Below are positions 1 through 14,613 of a stretch of 64,000 nucleotides of DNA, one piece after another. The notes beneath the pieces are model-generated. The model searched no databases. It was not told the DNA's origin and worked only from the letters and a program-made list of their open reading frames with translations. Source of the stretch: Phoronis australis (Eukaryota; Animalia; Phoronida); assembly GCA_002633005.1 (NCBI GenBank), contig NMRA01000100.1:335975-399974 (forward strand). Reading direction: 5' to 3'. Positions within the stretch are counted from its first letter, which is position 1, and every line of letters begins with the position of its first letter. Position numbers and translations under genes: made by a program.

Positions 1-1859
1 CCCCCCCCCCCCCCCCAACACTAAAACTGCACACATTTTAATCTTGTTTCATTCGTCTTAGCAAGATCTTTGTGAATTTAGCAACGATTAACAGTCACAA
101 TCGGTATGAAATAAACGGGATAAATGGAGACAGAAACGATCCACGCCCCTACTGTAGCGATACTAGCGGCGAAAATGGATGTACATATCCCCCATTGGTA
201 AGTATTAATAGGAACGCAGCAGACGACATGGCCGAGATGTAGTTTGTGTGCAGGCAGATGCAAACAGAATTTAGTCCGCTGCTTCAATACGATGACCACG
301 AAAGGACACGACCTCGTATTGTGGGAAGCGATTCAACGCTCGAAAGTGTGACGACGCAAGACGTTATATGGTGCACTCAGTGGGACGGACAAAATAAAGA
401 CAAGACGACACAAGTTGCAAAGAAATTAGTGTAGAAACAGAAGATATACTAAAAGGAAAAGCAAGAACTGGCATACTTTCAGTGCCGGATACATTATACG
501 GAACAAAGCGAAATTTGGGCTGCTTCTGAGAAAATGTAAGTACTCATCATTCCAAAAGCAGGAAGAGATTCTATCATTTGGGGCCTGTCCGACTTGGAGT
601 CCCCTTAACATGAAAGTGCCATATTTTCGCAAAGCAATAACATATTTCCAACTTTCCGATCGAGAGCACACCTTTAAAACGGAAAATTTATAAGGAAACG
701 AGTGTCAATCGATGCCATAATTGGGGGGGGGGNGGGGGGGGGGGGTCGTTTCCGAGATCACCTTATTTGAATATTGTAAAATTTCAAAATCAGGAGAAAG
801 AGAAAGCAGATATCGTTAGGGTTCTCCCTTTGTCAAGGGAATGAGTGATATACAATTTCGAAAAAACAGGTAAAGAGAACAAGTTCGTTATAAGTCTTTC
901 ATTGCAAGAGAAAGATTACAATGTCTGTATTCTGAAATTTTACTGAAACTATAGTTTGCTAGTCCACGATTCTTATCTCGAAACCAATTTGAATTTAATA
1001 CATCTATCGAATATCGAAGTGTTTCCCGCCAAACGGTTTGATCAAGTGAATTATAGGCCGTTTTATTTTTAAACTCGCTAGGAGTTGTTCATATTCAAAA
1101 TGTTAGCAAAAATGCTCACTAAAGTCAGCTCGCAAAAAACAATTTTTGCTCGTAAAAACTACCGTTAATGGTCTTGTTTTGGATGTGTTCTTCCTATCTG
1201 AAAAGATAAAAACTGTCTTCACAGTATAACGAAGAAAGGCGCAACGATTTGGCGTTCGGCGTTGACCATCGTACTGAGACGGTAATCTTTCTTATTGTTC
1301 ATTATTCCTCTTCTGTGGGCTAACAGTTTGTAAAATCGAATAATAAATATAGAGGGCGCGTCAAGTATCCAAGTAGATAAGCCCCTAGTTGTGTCTCGCA
1401 GGGGTATACATGTAGCTAAATCGTTCTGGAAAGCGATGTTGGTTTTTCCCGCCAACAAAAATTTCAGAGCAGAACGATGATCGTTTAAGAACTAAAAATA
1501 CGCGTAAATTGAGCAAACGTACGCATAGATTAGTAAACGTACGCGTAGATTAAGCATATTTCTACGCCCGCCGGCGTAGTAAGTTACTCGTTTAGAATGC
1601 TTTGGTGCTTCTTATTCATCTTCGTTTGTCATCCCATTTGTAACCCTCCAAGTATACGACCGTATATGCTTTCAAGCATAGTGGAGGCCTTAGAATTTGG
1701 ACACTATATTTTACTTTGTTGTGTCCTAGCATGTTGAAAGGTTATGCGTGTTGACTGGGAGTAGATAACCCTGTGAAAATTAGTAAAGTGCAGAGTCCAA
1801 GCAATTCCTGTTGGTTATGAGTCATCTTATGCTAGAAATATGTTTCAAGAGGTAATAGA

Positions 1860-2050
1860 TCACTACTCCGAAGAAAACCCACTACTCCGAAGGCCCACAG
1901 CAAAAAGGCCCATTGCTCCGAAGGCCAACTGCTCTTCGGAAGTCCCACCACTCCGAAGGCTCACCACTCCAAAGGTCCACTACTCCGAAGGCCCCCCACT
2001 CCAGTCCGAAGGCCCACCATTCCGAAGGCCCGCTACTCCGAAGAAACCCA
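1860..2050. repeat. Degenerate minisatellite, ~19-20 bp unit (ccactactccgaaggc-like)
   Basis: About 10 imperfect copies of cact(a/g)ctccgaagg; this explains the low-complexity ORF 1840-2073. Confidence 0.8.
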
Positions 2051-3209
2051 TTATTTACCGACGTGTTTTTTAATTTTTGATTTTTCGGCGTTCACTACGC
2101 GAGTCCTCGTGTGGTATTAGTCCTCGGAATATTATAGTCATATACAGTTGTAAACGATGACCACATTTTTGCATTTTGGGTTCAAATTGGATTGTAAGCA
2201 AGACTTCAGGGTATCAGGGCCTCACCAGACCAGGTGTTTACCTAAGTCAACCGGTATGGCAATCGTTAATGAACTTGACAGAACATTTCGAAACTGGTGC
2301 CGGTATTAACGCTTTGCCTTGTTGGTGGCTTTCTTTTAATGACGTAAAAAAACTTCAAGTTATCAAAATAATATTGCTCACAATATAGTACTGCATTTAT
2401 GTATTCTTGTGTAACACTTTGAAGTTGTTATGTGTGACTTGCTACATAGTCAGTGTTCTACCATAACCTTACCATCGACACCGATTGTGAGGTCGGCCTC
2501 TCACACGCCTAAGTGTACTTCCTGGTACTGACAAAATATATGCCCTTCACAATTAAACTATTTCCTTTGAGACCACTTGAAAAATAAAATGCATCCCTTG
2601 TTTAGTACGCAATCATCAAAATGGTCCAAGAACATATAGTTATAATATAATGTTTATATGCTATCACTAGGTTACGATGCGATTGTTTAAATATAGCTTA
2701 TTTTCACTGCTACGGCGCAGCACTGAAATAAGTGGGGGCTGTAGCCCTTCCAGCCTCCTATAGTGAGCCGCCCATGTATTCGTTTTCTTGGTTTAATGTG
2801 ACCAATAATATTCAAATTTTTATCAATAGCGACACGACGTACATGTACATCATAAACTCAGATTTCAACATTTCTCATTTTCTCAAGCATACGTGATAAA
2901 AAATATCGGTCGCTCCCGAGCGGATAAACAAGGGGAAATCAGCACAATACACACCCAGCACTGATGTTGGTCGCTTTGCCAATTTCGCGATGTCATAATT
3001 GCAACCCACAATGCAGTAACAGAAGTACGCCTGCATTACAATGATGGATTGAAGAAAAATAAGTTACGAGATAGTGACTTGCTTGTGAAGAAACAGGACA
3101 AGCGCTTGCGGCGGGCAAGAAAAACTTAAAATGAAAATTATCCAGTGCTCTATTGCTACCACTGCATACGTGTATGTACATGAGAGGAAACATCTGAAAT
3201 TATGTATAG

Positions 3210-3328
3210 TTAAAACCGAGCTGAGGAGTTAGACCTGACTCAAGGGTCTAGCAGTGTGCCCCAGTGAGACTCGAATCCAAGACCTTGAGTAAAGGGAGCG
3301 TACGCTTATCCTACTAGGTCACACTGCC
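3210..3328 (-). mobile_element. tRNA-derived SINE fragment
   Basis: Minus strand reads ggcagtgtgacctagtagg (A-box-like)...ggattcgagtc (B-box-like)...cccttgagtcagg; related copy at 36718-36832 (+). Confidence 0.6.
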
Positions 3329-3619
3329 TACTTCCATGTGCCTGTATCCAATATCATGCATATGTAAAGAAGCTTTTCAGTAACTTAAGTAGTGTTTCGA
3401 GCGTGTGTGGGCTACCGTATTCTTTCCTTTTGTTAATGTTTATGTAATCTTCTGGCTGATATTTGTCGGTTGGTTTTGTCCATTGTTTGCACTTTCACTT
3501 AAAAGTTAGTCATTGCTAAATTGAATACGCGTCATCGTCAACCATTTTGTAACGGGTAATTCAAGTTTCGCTCGAGAACATAACATTTTAGAAATTTGCT
3601 CCTCGGTCTTACTCATTAG

Positions 3620-4035
3620 GCTAGAGTTGAGTACCTGTCTCGCGGCTAGAAAAAAATCCAGCCAAATCACGTGCTCTCATTCAAAATAGACAGCATTATC
3701 TGGCGAAGTCTTGCTTTTTAGCGAGATCCTAGAGAGGACCTACCGTCACTGACAAGATAAGAGTAGAGTTCAGTAATGCTACATGTACGACCTCGCTAAA
3801 AGCAAGACTTCGCGAGATTTCGTGAGCTATTGTTGTGCATTTTAATGAGAACACGTGATTTTGACTAGATTACAGCGAGGTCCTCAGTAGCGTAGGTCCT
3901 AGCTTCATTGAACTCTACGTACCCAGGGTAGAATTCAGTAACGCCTTGCGACCTTGCTAAAAAAGCAAGACTTCGTGAGATTTCGTGAGATCGCCGTGTA
4001 TTTTAAATAACAGAATACGCGATTTTGGATATATT
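3620..4035. repeat. Cluster of three related short MITE-like repeats
   Basis: Shared core ctcgctaaaagcaagacttcgcgagatttcgtgag in both orientations; the central copy is bounded by gtagagttca...tgaactctac; further relatives near 9900-10030 and 43890-43960. Confidence 0.6.
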
Positions 4036-6424
4036 TTATGTGCAAAGTGATGGATCGTCCTTTCCTATCGTCAGTACTTAGCGTTTTGTTGGTTGGATTA
4101 AGTTTTCTAAGAATGGGTGCGTTACGAGTTTATTACTATAGTAAGGCGTTATGATGTTTTCCTGAAAAAAGCGTGAGATAACATTAAAACGCGACTCACG
4201 CGTGAACCTTAAGTGTCGCCTACTTAACAGATGCTCTGTGAGGATTCGTGGCCCCTACTAATTAAAAACTGCCTGATGCGTCAGACCTAGGACCAATATC
4301 AATGTCTATTATTCCCAGGTCAGACTGGCTGAGTGACCTAAGAGTTTATCTTTTGTTTTAACTTGAACGAGAGTTGACCCCGGTGACATGATTGCAGATC
4401 CACCACAACTATGAACGTGAACTCTGGCACATCAGCTGTTTTTAAGGTGGAGAGGGTTGGCAGGAAACGCATTGATCAAGTATTTTGTTTGGTAAATAAA
4501 CTTCGTGGACCCAATCTGTATCCGCTTTAACATGGGTCAAGAGTACTTAAACTGAAACCGTAAAATCCTACGTACGCCCTGGCGCCTGGTAAAAGACCAT
4601 TTCCTGGGAACATCATGCAGAAATTCTGAATGTAAGTCTACATTGTTTCTTAAGATTGTGTTTTCTGTTACATCAGCCAAGTGTTTTTAATTGTTTCTAT
4701 GATAATTCATTCGTGAAATGTTTACCTGTTGCCCAGATGCCGTTGCTTGTTAATTCGATCTCTGAGCAGTGTGTCTACTGTTATCTGTAGTATTTACCTA
4801 TACCATGAAATAAAATTTCAAAAATGAAAATTTTACGGTGTAAAAGAATCCAATACCTTGTGTCCGGCCCTTGATGGACTGCCCCAGTTTTTTTAATTTT
4901 TCCCGACATCCCGACTCACCATTGCAATCAAAATGTGTCGCTTTTTGACACACGGACAAATTAACATATCATACATGTATGCTATTGTAATTTCCCACGG
5001 GACATTATCGCCATGATATTTTACTGCTCAACTAAAATGAAAAAGCGGGACGTTGTTTTGCGGTACCCGCAATTTTCCATTCAACTAAACAAAAACAAAA
5101 AACACCGTCGGCCATTTTTGAGAGTTACATCTCACGTTCGACAAAAACGCTGTCGGGACGTTTTTGTGTGTTGCAGCGAACAGTTCATCCTTGCGTTTTG
5201 ACTTAGACCCAGATGTTGCACTTTTTATTCGGAGTACCCGCTTTTCAATCCAGTTGTTCTTTTTTTGTTCTTGAATGTTGACCGTGACAACTAAGCAACA
5301 GGTGTTCAAAATAATATTGCCTCTTTGTTATGAATATTGTTCTTTTCACGAGTTTACTTTCTTTAGTAACGTAGAAATCGTTAATTAAAATGTATTCCAA
5401 CGTCTCTTGTTTGCTTTAACATACACTGCATGTATCATGATCACTAACTTTTACTTCCCAAAGAACTAAATTTATTTCTAAACTTCTATGGGAAGTCCTA
5501 CACTGCAACCAATGTGATGGGCTACCCACAGTACATTTCAACGCTACGTGAAAGATGGTTGCCCATTTTTATCTATCAGAAATTTTTTATGCGCAAACGT
5601 CTGATAGATAAGTGGAATTTTCCTAAACGTCACTGCATTCAGACTTTTATGAGGAATGTAATCGTATCAAAAGGCACAAAAGGTCCAATTAATTACAATA
5701 TGCAAAGATGTATAATTTTGGATGAATGTCTGACTAAATTATCCACAGCAATTGTGAGGGCCATATTTTATTTTTTTGTCTTTATAGGGTAGAAATCCTT
5801 TGAATCATTGAAATTATTATTATATCATTGGATTAAATAGTAATTTATATATCCTCTCTGGCTCATTTCCTTATAATTACGGTAATGCTACACCTTGTTA
5901 TTTTTGGCATTTGTTGGTAACTTTCTTGGTTTATATTTTAAACCAGTCAAGTACGCGAAATGGTAATTACTTAACAATTACATTATTTATCTTTTGCTTT
6001 CTAATGATATGACTCTTTCGCAAATGGCGGAGCTGCGAAACGTTTTAGTGCCGGCAGTAATTCCATTACAAGAACCCACACCGGAACAAACGAACGCAAA
6101 CAAATTCCACGCATGCGCGGCGCAACCTCAATAGCGCGAGATCGAAGTTGGCATTCAAGGGCTAGAGTTCTGTGGAAATATGTAGCCTACTGCGGGAAAT
6201 AGCGATACCAATTGGCTATAGCGTCAGATTCATGAAATTGCGTGCGGGTAGTGAATAATGGAACGTTGTTAATCATATTAACTCATCTTTAGGCATGGTG
6301 GTTATCACAAAATTGAACTATACATACAAATGTCGCACACATCAGGCTATAAATATGCAAGCTTAAGGAAGCTTGCATTTGTAGCTAAATTCACGTGAAC
6401 TTAATGGGACTCGGGATTGAACCT

Positions 6425-6670
6425 GGGCCCCGTTCAAAGAAAACATTTAAATTCGTTTTACTTAAGACTAAGATTTGACTCAACTTCCAAACTCTGAAAC
6501 TTCCACCTCCGATAAATTAGTCAGAATTAAGACGAAACTTAGGTAAAAAACTTGAGAAGGTCTCCTTCTTGAAACGGACTTGAAACGGACTTGAAACTGA
6601 CAAATTCATGTTTTACCATAAAATTGACTGAAATTTGTCTCAGGTAAGTCAGTTTTCTTTGAAGGGGATT
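6425..6670. mobile_element. MITE-like element with imperfect TIRs
   Basis: ccccgttcaaagaaaac ... gttttctttgaagggg inverted ends; internal ttgaaacggac tandem. Confidence 0.4.
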
Positions 6671-9600
6671 CTGGTCTCTACGACCGACATACCGGATGTT
6701 CTTCCATCACTTGAGCAATTCAACAATGCGATTCTTCGTCTAATCAAGACTTCGACGGCTGCCAGTCACTTTCGAGGAGAACTCGCTCTGTAGGCTTATG
6801 GGGGTCAGAAGCGTAGGTCGAAAGACAACTAGCATCACACATTAGAAACAATTTTACAATGTGTCAAAATCACTAATGCCTACTCAAACCTCACTTGTAG
6901 GAATGTGCAACAGATACGGACAATAACTCAGCGGCAATGTTGATCAGATCGAGCGACAAAACGACACTAACCCGACACTGTTTTCGGGTTTTCTATGTGT
7001 CCACTCAGTAGGAGGCGCTAGTTTGAGCTTGGGCACTTCCGTAATTACCGAGCTTTATTCCATCCCTACTACGGGGCCAAATTTTTACCGAGTTTTCATT
7101 CTTTTCCTATGCAATTTTTGATTATGACAAACTGAGTTTTAGTTTGGATATAGGTGAAACGTTATTCCACAAGTTTCTTTAAAATCTTGTGTGTTCTAAT
7201 TGGACGGCGAAGAAAGTGCAAAGCCTCACGTCCGGGCTTTTTCGGGACTGCACCTTTTCTCGGCCTATTGTCACCTTTTCGGGATTCTGAAAACCTATTG
7301 TCCTAGGGGAAAATCAAAAATTGTATAATATCAGCGATTCAGCAGGCAGTGTTTGTATGGTGCGACTTGTTCATAGCTCTCAGTGGACTTGGTAGTGAAA
7401 GCGTTTTTAGGATTGTGCTGATAGTGATTCGTTACAGACACCAATCCCAAATTTAACTTGGAAGCCTCATATTTTTTCGGCGCACTAACAGTTCTACAGG
7501 GCTTGGTCGTGCCACGATTGTTTCTAAAGAACTTTTGGCTCGAAAGGTAGGGTGTTGGTGGAATTTATCCTTTTAAGACACAATCAAATTATTGTCATGG
7601 TTAGAAGCATAACTTGACGAATTGTTCGAAGCATATATGTAATGCGCACTAGCTATTGACAGTCTGTTACATTGTCCGCGAAACAATAAAGTAACGCCAT
7701 TGAAAAAGAGTAGTCAGAGGATTTTGTCGTTTTGTATTCCTAACTGTAACCTCCGGACAAAAAGTGGCCAAATCCCATCAGCTCTGAAGCTTGCTCGCTG
7801 GTTCCCCTACGTGCATGTTAGCTAGCACGCTGGCTACTGACCACCTAGCGGCACGCAGGGAACCAGCGAGTGAACCATGATGAGTTGTTAATGCGGGCAG
7901 CGCCACTTAGTGTTAGCGGTAAAGCACCTAGTATTGACGAGAAGGTACCGTTGCCTTTTACAACTAGCTCCTAGTAGGCTGTCTGTTTGGCTGCAAGTAC
8001 GCCGAGGCTCGGACCGTCTCAGTGCCAGCCTTGAGCTGGTTTTTGTACTCAATGGTTTTTTAGACTCGCCCAATTTCATTAAAATTTGATTGCTAGGTTG
8101 GAAAGTTGAACATTTTGCATTTCGCACTGCGAATGAACCCTCGAATGCCGCTTCGTATAAAATATTGCAGTCTGTTATAATTGATTGAAGTGTTGTTGTT
8201 GTCCCCTTAACTCATTTTTGCCTAGTCAGCTTTTCCTAAACATTAACTTCAAGCAAGCGTGAAGATGAAATTTAGCAGCAAATTCAGGTACCCTTTAAAC
8301 TGAGGCACTTTCTTTTTCCAGCTTTTTCCGGCTCTTTTTTCTTTCCTTTTTCCTTTTTTACCATATATTCTTCAAAAATAACATTAAAAATAGTTAGCAA
8401 TAATGTTGCGGTAATGACATTCAAATACAACATAATACAAAAATGTTAACGATTGTACTGAAGTACTTAATTTTATGTGGTACACATACACAAGTCAGTC
8501 AGCCAGTGCAGGCCTCACTCTGATCAATTTATGTGTGCTATACATCCCTTCGCCTGATTTATAAAAAGGGCAGTTTTGCTAAAGATAATGTAAAATATCT
8601 TTGGTTTTGCCAAGCTGAATGCATGGTCTCCGCAGCAGTTCGTATTTATCGCATTGCGAATAGTGGCTTCGGTAAGAAAACTATTGGTTTGGTTTTCTTC
8701 GGTCGTTTTTTAAGCGGCGGGTGGTTGTCTGGAATCGGTCTATATTAGACTTCGCGCAAATTTTTTTTATATCTTTGCCCCAGCATACTTATCATACCTA
8801 GGTTTTGTACACCTGTGGTATACGGGGAGGTGGATATGTGGATCTGGGTTAAATTGTTGAGTTCAACCACACCGAACGTCATCGTGCTGTTTTAGGCTTC
8901 TAATTGGAATCGGTGCAAGGATAAAATCAATTTTCCTAGATTGCTCTGGTACACGAAGAACCATACACAACGATCCCAGTGGTGGCATCGCCCACCAGCT
9001 TTTAAAGAGATCCCCCGGTCCGGCATGGTATGATGGGTTTCAAAGGTTCACCGTTTCGCAGACCATTAGGCCGAATACTGAAGGTTAACACCTCGATAGC
9101 ATGTATATTTATAGTGCAAACTGACCGAGTTACCAATGCCCGTTTATCTTTCACCGTCTGCTGGTCACCGATTTCATCTAGGTCATCCACAAGCGTCAGC
9201 AAATTAACAGATAACGTTGCAAAGGCACATCTTGGTATTTTATTTTGCGCGATTTGGCCGCCAGACGTCTATACATCGAAATCGTTAATTTAAGCCATAA
9301 CAACAAAGGTAAGCTCGGCCGGTTTTGTAATCAAATTTATCTTAGGATCTACGCACTGAGTTCTATATAATTAAGACGATTTGGTAGTGCCAGCTAGGCT
9401 TTTTTGATGGCTAAGGCTTATTTTACCGCGTGTCATTTGGCATACGATAATGTTCATCACGTACACGCATTACCTGTTTCAGCAAAATAACTGGTTGAAC
9501 ACATTGTATTAACCTCTAACTCAAAATACGGGCGATTAACACTAATTGTTTCTGATGGGGTTAAATTACATTGACATGACTATCTAGGCTACTTTAGTTT

Positions 9601-10020
9601 TGTCTTCTAAGTATTACAATGATACACGTGATTTCGACACCAAACAATCGAGTGGCTGTTTCGTAAATCACTTTTGGCAGAGTAAGGTTTTCGGGAGCAG
9701 CCTCACACTAGAGGAAGTGCTTGATCACCTCAAGTCAGGCCAGCCGGCCGAAAATAGGATTTGGCTGCTAACTTAGTTGAGCACAGTTCGCCGTTCGACC
9801 TAGAATCATTCAAGGTGTCTGTTTGCGAATTCATTTGGTAAACGCAAGTTGCACAGGGGGATTACATAATGGAACTCAGTTGAAGAACACCTGGCGTGCT
9901 GCGTTCAGTAACGCCAGGACCTAGCTAAAATCTAGTCCGTGAAGTTACGTATTCTCTTTAAAATACACGGCAATATTTCACGTAATCTCACGAGGTCTTG
10001 CTTTTGAGCAAGGTCTTAGC

Positions 10021-11217
10021 GTTAATGAACGGGATCTGGTTCCTGTTCCATATTGTCACGCACATCCGATCTTGAATCAATGAACCAAGCCACAGGCAAT
10101 CTCTCCCTCCGCTACGCTTGTGCAATCACTACACAATACGTCGCAAAGTAAAGCAATGCGTATTACTCATTTTTGTTTTACAAATTACAGAGCAAATGGC
10201 AACTTCTCTTCTATTTTATTGCGACTCGTAGTCGTTTGAAACGATTTCTAAAAATGCGTTGTACGGACAGCTTGTTTTCGCACTAACGGAAACAGACCTT
10301 TATTTGAGATTTAGACACAAGCGTAACAGTGGTGCCAAGTTCAGTCTCTTCGAAGGTTGTGTAGTTTTTAACTGAATCACCCGAAACCCTGTTAAAATGG
10401 GTGTGGATTTTTATAAGTGAAACTGTTATTATTCTGGACAACTACGGTACGAAGGCAGGTCAGCCTTCTGATTTGGGAGCGGGAGATAAAAAGGAAGATC
10501 AGGCGTCTCATGACGCGCGGTGACATGGACATTTTTTCAGACGCATTACAACTATTTCCCGTTTAATCCGCAATCCAGACGATTCTGGTTTTCAGACTCT
10601 GAAGATATCTACTTTTCTNGTTAATGAACGGGATCTGGTTCCTGTTCCATATTGTCACGCACATCCGATCTTGAATCAATGAACCAAGCCACAGGCAATC
10701 TCTCCCTCCGCTACGCTTGTGCAATCACTACACAATACGTCGCAAAGTAAAGCAATGCGTATTACTCATTTTTGTTTTACAAATTACAGAGCAAATGGCA
10801 ACTTCTCTTCTATTTTATTGCGACTCGTAGTCGTTTGAAACGATTTCTAAAAATGCGTTGTACGGACAGCTTGTTTTCGCACTAACGGAAACAGACCTTT
10901 ATTTGAGATTTAGACACAAGCGTAACAGTGGTGCCAAGTTCAGTCTCTTCGAAGGTTGTGTAGTTTTTAACTGAATCACCCGAAACCCTGTTAAAATGGG
11001 TGTGGATTTTTATAAGTGAAACTGTTATTATTCTGGACAACTACGGTACGAAGGCAGGTCAGCCTTCTGATTTGGGAGCGGGAGATAAAGAGGAAGATCA
11101 GGCGTCTCATGACGCGCGGTGACATGGACATTTTTTCAGACGCATTACAACTATTTCCCGTTTAATCCGTAATCCAGACGATTCTGGTTTTCAGACTCTG
11201 AAGATATCTACTTTTCT
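10021..11217. repeat. 598-bp near-identical tandem duplication joined by a single N (10619); probable assembly overlap
   Basis: 10021-10618 matches 10620-11217; only two substitutions seen; the junction is exactly the N. Confidence 0.9.
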
Positions 11218-11539
11218 TTTGTTAATTGTCTGGCTCAGTCCTTTGTCCGGTGTCAATACTAATTATCTGCCACGCTGAATGAAGACATTAATGTACATAC
11301 GCATCGACTCAAAACAGTTGTCAACAACTAGAAACCCTTCTCGCTGCGGTTTGGTTATTTTTATCGTATTTCTTACGCTAAGAATGATACTACACTAAAG
11401 TTTCACGAAGAATTCAATTTCAGAAGCCAAACAGTTTCTGTCCTTGATATTTCAATTTATACCACAATATTAGCCTCGAATGGGAGATAAAACCGTGTAA
11501 TAACCCATAAAGTTAGCTCACTAGTGAGATAACATTTTA

Positions 11540-11615
11540 GCGGGAAACCGAGGCCGGATTCGAACCCGGGCCTCAAGAGTTTCGAGTCGCTGACTTAACC
11601 ACGTCACTCAGTGGC
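11540..11615 (-). mobile_element. tRNA-like SINE head fragment
   Basis: Minus strand contains gtggttaagtc...gggttcgaatcc (A/B-box-like); no complete cloverleaf. Confidence 0.4.
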
Positions 11616-14570
11616 TGACGTCATCGAACGTGAAAATAGAATACTTAAAGGAGTATGCCACACAAAAAACAACCCATATTGTATCAATTTAGATCGAGTA
11701 GTTCTACTAGATAACGGCACGTTCGGTTGCGTTACCTGACACCTGACGACAGACGGAGGTGTTGAAATTATCCAATGAGGTAATTGGTTTCACGCAGTCT
11801 GCTCAGCAGTTCACAACACGTGTTACTGGTGTCAGGTTATCGCTTGAATTCATCGTTTAACACCAATAAATAATCGAACTTCGATGTAAAACCCTTAAAA
11901 ATACACAGAGTTCTTACAGAACGTTGTTTTATCTCGCTGTTACGGATTTATTTTTATTTGGACACACCGTAGCCTACAAAGTTCTCCAGGCCTCGTGGAT
12001 TTTGGAGAATTCTCCAAATTCCACTCGGGCTCTAGATAACGGAGGATAACGACTTCGCCATGTAATAATCTATATTTATTTCAGCCAGTATTTAATGCCG
12101 TGGAGACGTCGCTAATGCGATAGTTGTCCTTTACAGCACAGGAGCTTAATTCAGCTGTCGTTATGTCAAGGGCGGACGATGGCACCGGATTTCCCAGTTG
12201 ATGTTGATAAGCATTGCCCAACTAGAACAAGATAACTCTGAACCCGGCGTTCGTCAGTCAGACGTCATGATCCAAGTGAACAATGACGTCAACGTCTTTC
12301 GCTGTGTAACGGATATTTCATTCACTCACATTATTACTTAGTGGTATAGTTTCGAAAATTTGTTTATCCGTGCTTTGCGTAGAGGTGTTTGCGTCTAAAT
12401 ATGAGGCGCTGTGTCTCCCGTTCATACGCTCAAACATAAAGCGCTCGGCATTGGCAAGTCGTTGAGTAGCGGCTCTGGGCAATGACCTATCAAATCCGAA
12501 TTTATTTATTAAAGGCTCCGAAGTTATGTCCAGTCAGGTCACATAATGAAAAGCCGCTTGCGTAGAAAAGTAAACATCGTTCGACAACCGTTCACATTTG
12601 TAAACGAGTAGGCGTTGTATTATATGTCTCTTTGTTTTCCACGCGCATAGTATTTTTTCGCTCCTTGCACTGAGTTGTTTATCATTTACTATGACTAAAA
12701 CAACCGGCTCCACAGTGGATTCTCCCGAGGGGTACAAACGTAGAAGAATTATATGGGACGTTTGATTCAGAATGGTGCCGTTTTCACGACCAGTTTCCCT
12801 TCGAATTCTTTTAGATTTTATTCCCTACGAAAACATTCACTTTGCAGAAAAATGCTTTCCGAGGGTAATTGTTATTACCTGGTATCGTGTATTTTTGAAA
12901 TTTTTTTGACGATAGACATCCTCATTGTTGCCTAAATGGCGTCTTTTGTTATCAGACGGAGTTAAAAAGCCAGTTGTCCAAGATTCGATTAAAAGTTCCT
13001 ATAGATCGAGTTTAACTTATAGTAGGTTTACAGTGAAATTTACGACTACTAAGTTTCTGGACAAAAACTCAACGTAACAATTTCTCTTTAATGAAAGCCT
13101 CCTACAGCTCACTCTTCTTCTTTATACAGTGTACTCTTTTAGTGCGTGGGTATCCTAATTTTCTAGACTCAAACCATGTCAAAGATACGGTCGAGTACCC
13201 CCCGAGCAAGATCTCTAGTTGATCCACCGGGTTATAAGGTGTACAGCGTTTATGAATCAGAAACTGGATTCAACCGGTTCGCCACCAGGCACAACCGACC
13301 TCAGAGCGTTGCCTATCGTGTAACTTGTATCCAGTCTGCCATGCGACGGTAGAATTGCATGGCAACTGAAATTCGTATCATCGAAAAGGTAAGTTGTACA
13401 TAATTAACGGTTAAAAAGCAGTCACTATACGGAATACCCTGTTGTATAGATGACCGCATGTTTAAATCTAGGTCAATCCCGGGATCAATGAAAGCGCTAG
13501 CGAATGATGTCGAACTCGGGTAGTAGCCTACTATACTGGACGCTGATAGTACTTGTAGCTCCTAGCTCAGTACATGTACGTGGTGAGGGTTGCAGGAATT
13601 TCTGGTGGAGCGAAATTTAGAGCAAGCAGCCCAGAAATGGAACAAGAATCTGGCGTGAACGTTGTTGTTTGGTGTTATCCTCATCGTTCCTTTTGCACGA
13701 ATTTACTAGCAATGGTAAGGCTGCTGTTGATTAAATATTGTATTGTGCGTGTCAGTGTTCTCGATGGCCGCTTTTAACGTGTCGCAGCGATCGGTTTGAC
13801 TGCACTACTCCCGACCTGTTTAAATGTCCCGCGACCGGTTTAAAAAAATAGCGTTTGCAAAAAGGCTTCTTCATCGTTAACAAAGTCTTCATTGTTTCAA
13901 ATTATTGAAACTGAATAAAGGCCAAGTGGTCAGTCTTATCCGCGATCTCGCACAAACGGCAGACCAGGGCGGTAGTCTTTTTATGGTGTAACGCGCCTTG
14001 TAAATAATGTCTTCAATCATCTTTTCAATTCCGCTAGAACAAGTAGTCATAGTCAATTGGATTAAAACAAAGGCCCAGTCCCACTTCTAAGCCTGATCCA
14101 GATACCTGCTCACTGGAGGTGCAGGCCGGCAGGAACGTGGGTTATCGTTAAGCCTAGTCGCTTTGTTGGTCACCTTTGTGTTCGGCAGACAAATTATCCC
14201 GTAACTCATTGAAAATAATAAAGATTCAATAGTTAATTCTGCGAAGCCTGTCTAGTATAGTAGCCCCTGACACTACTGCGACATGTTGTTATACAATGAC
14301 CATCTCTTGGGCCGCCAGAATTTTATTTTCGTAGAATATTTTTCAATAACTTTGTGGACCTTGCGCGACGCCGATCGGACTTTCCGACAGCAATGTTAGA
14401 CATCTCAACAAAGCTTTGAATGGAAATGCTTTTGTTGGCTTGGGTGTTATTTGTGTATTTCCTACCTAAACCAATATTAGTGGTTATTTTTGATGCATTT
14501 CTCAGTGTCACCGGCTAATCAAGATTGAGTTCATCCCATTGCCTTATAAGGAATTTCGTTGGCAACGTGA

Positions 14571-14613
14571 CATGGGCGGCGCAGCACTGAAATAAGTGGG
14601 TGCGCCGCCCATG
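14571..14613. mobile_element. Very short MITE (13-bp TIR catgggcggcgca)
   Basis: catgggcggcgca...tgcgccgcccatg; flanks cgtga/catga suggest a 5-bp TSD; relatives with the same gcagcactgaaataag core at ~2713-2776 and ~43310-43386 (-). Confidence 0.6.

Noticed and set aside
60-700. Faint NTPase/NLR-like words (KIFVNLATI, KTTQVAKKL)
   Set aside because: Different frames, stop codons and no real Walker A motif; indistinguishable from chance
1860-2050. Repeat array as CRISPR-like
   Set aside because: No unique spacers, eukaryotic context, no cas genes; it is a minisatellite
13380-13720. Possible MCT 5' UTR exons (donor-like AG-gtaagt at ~13389, G-gtaagg at ~13715)
   Set aside because: Plausible, but non-coding exons cannot be supported without transcript data
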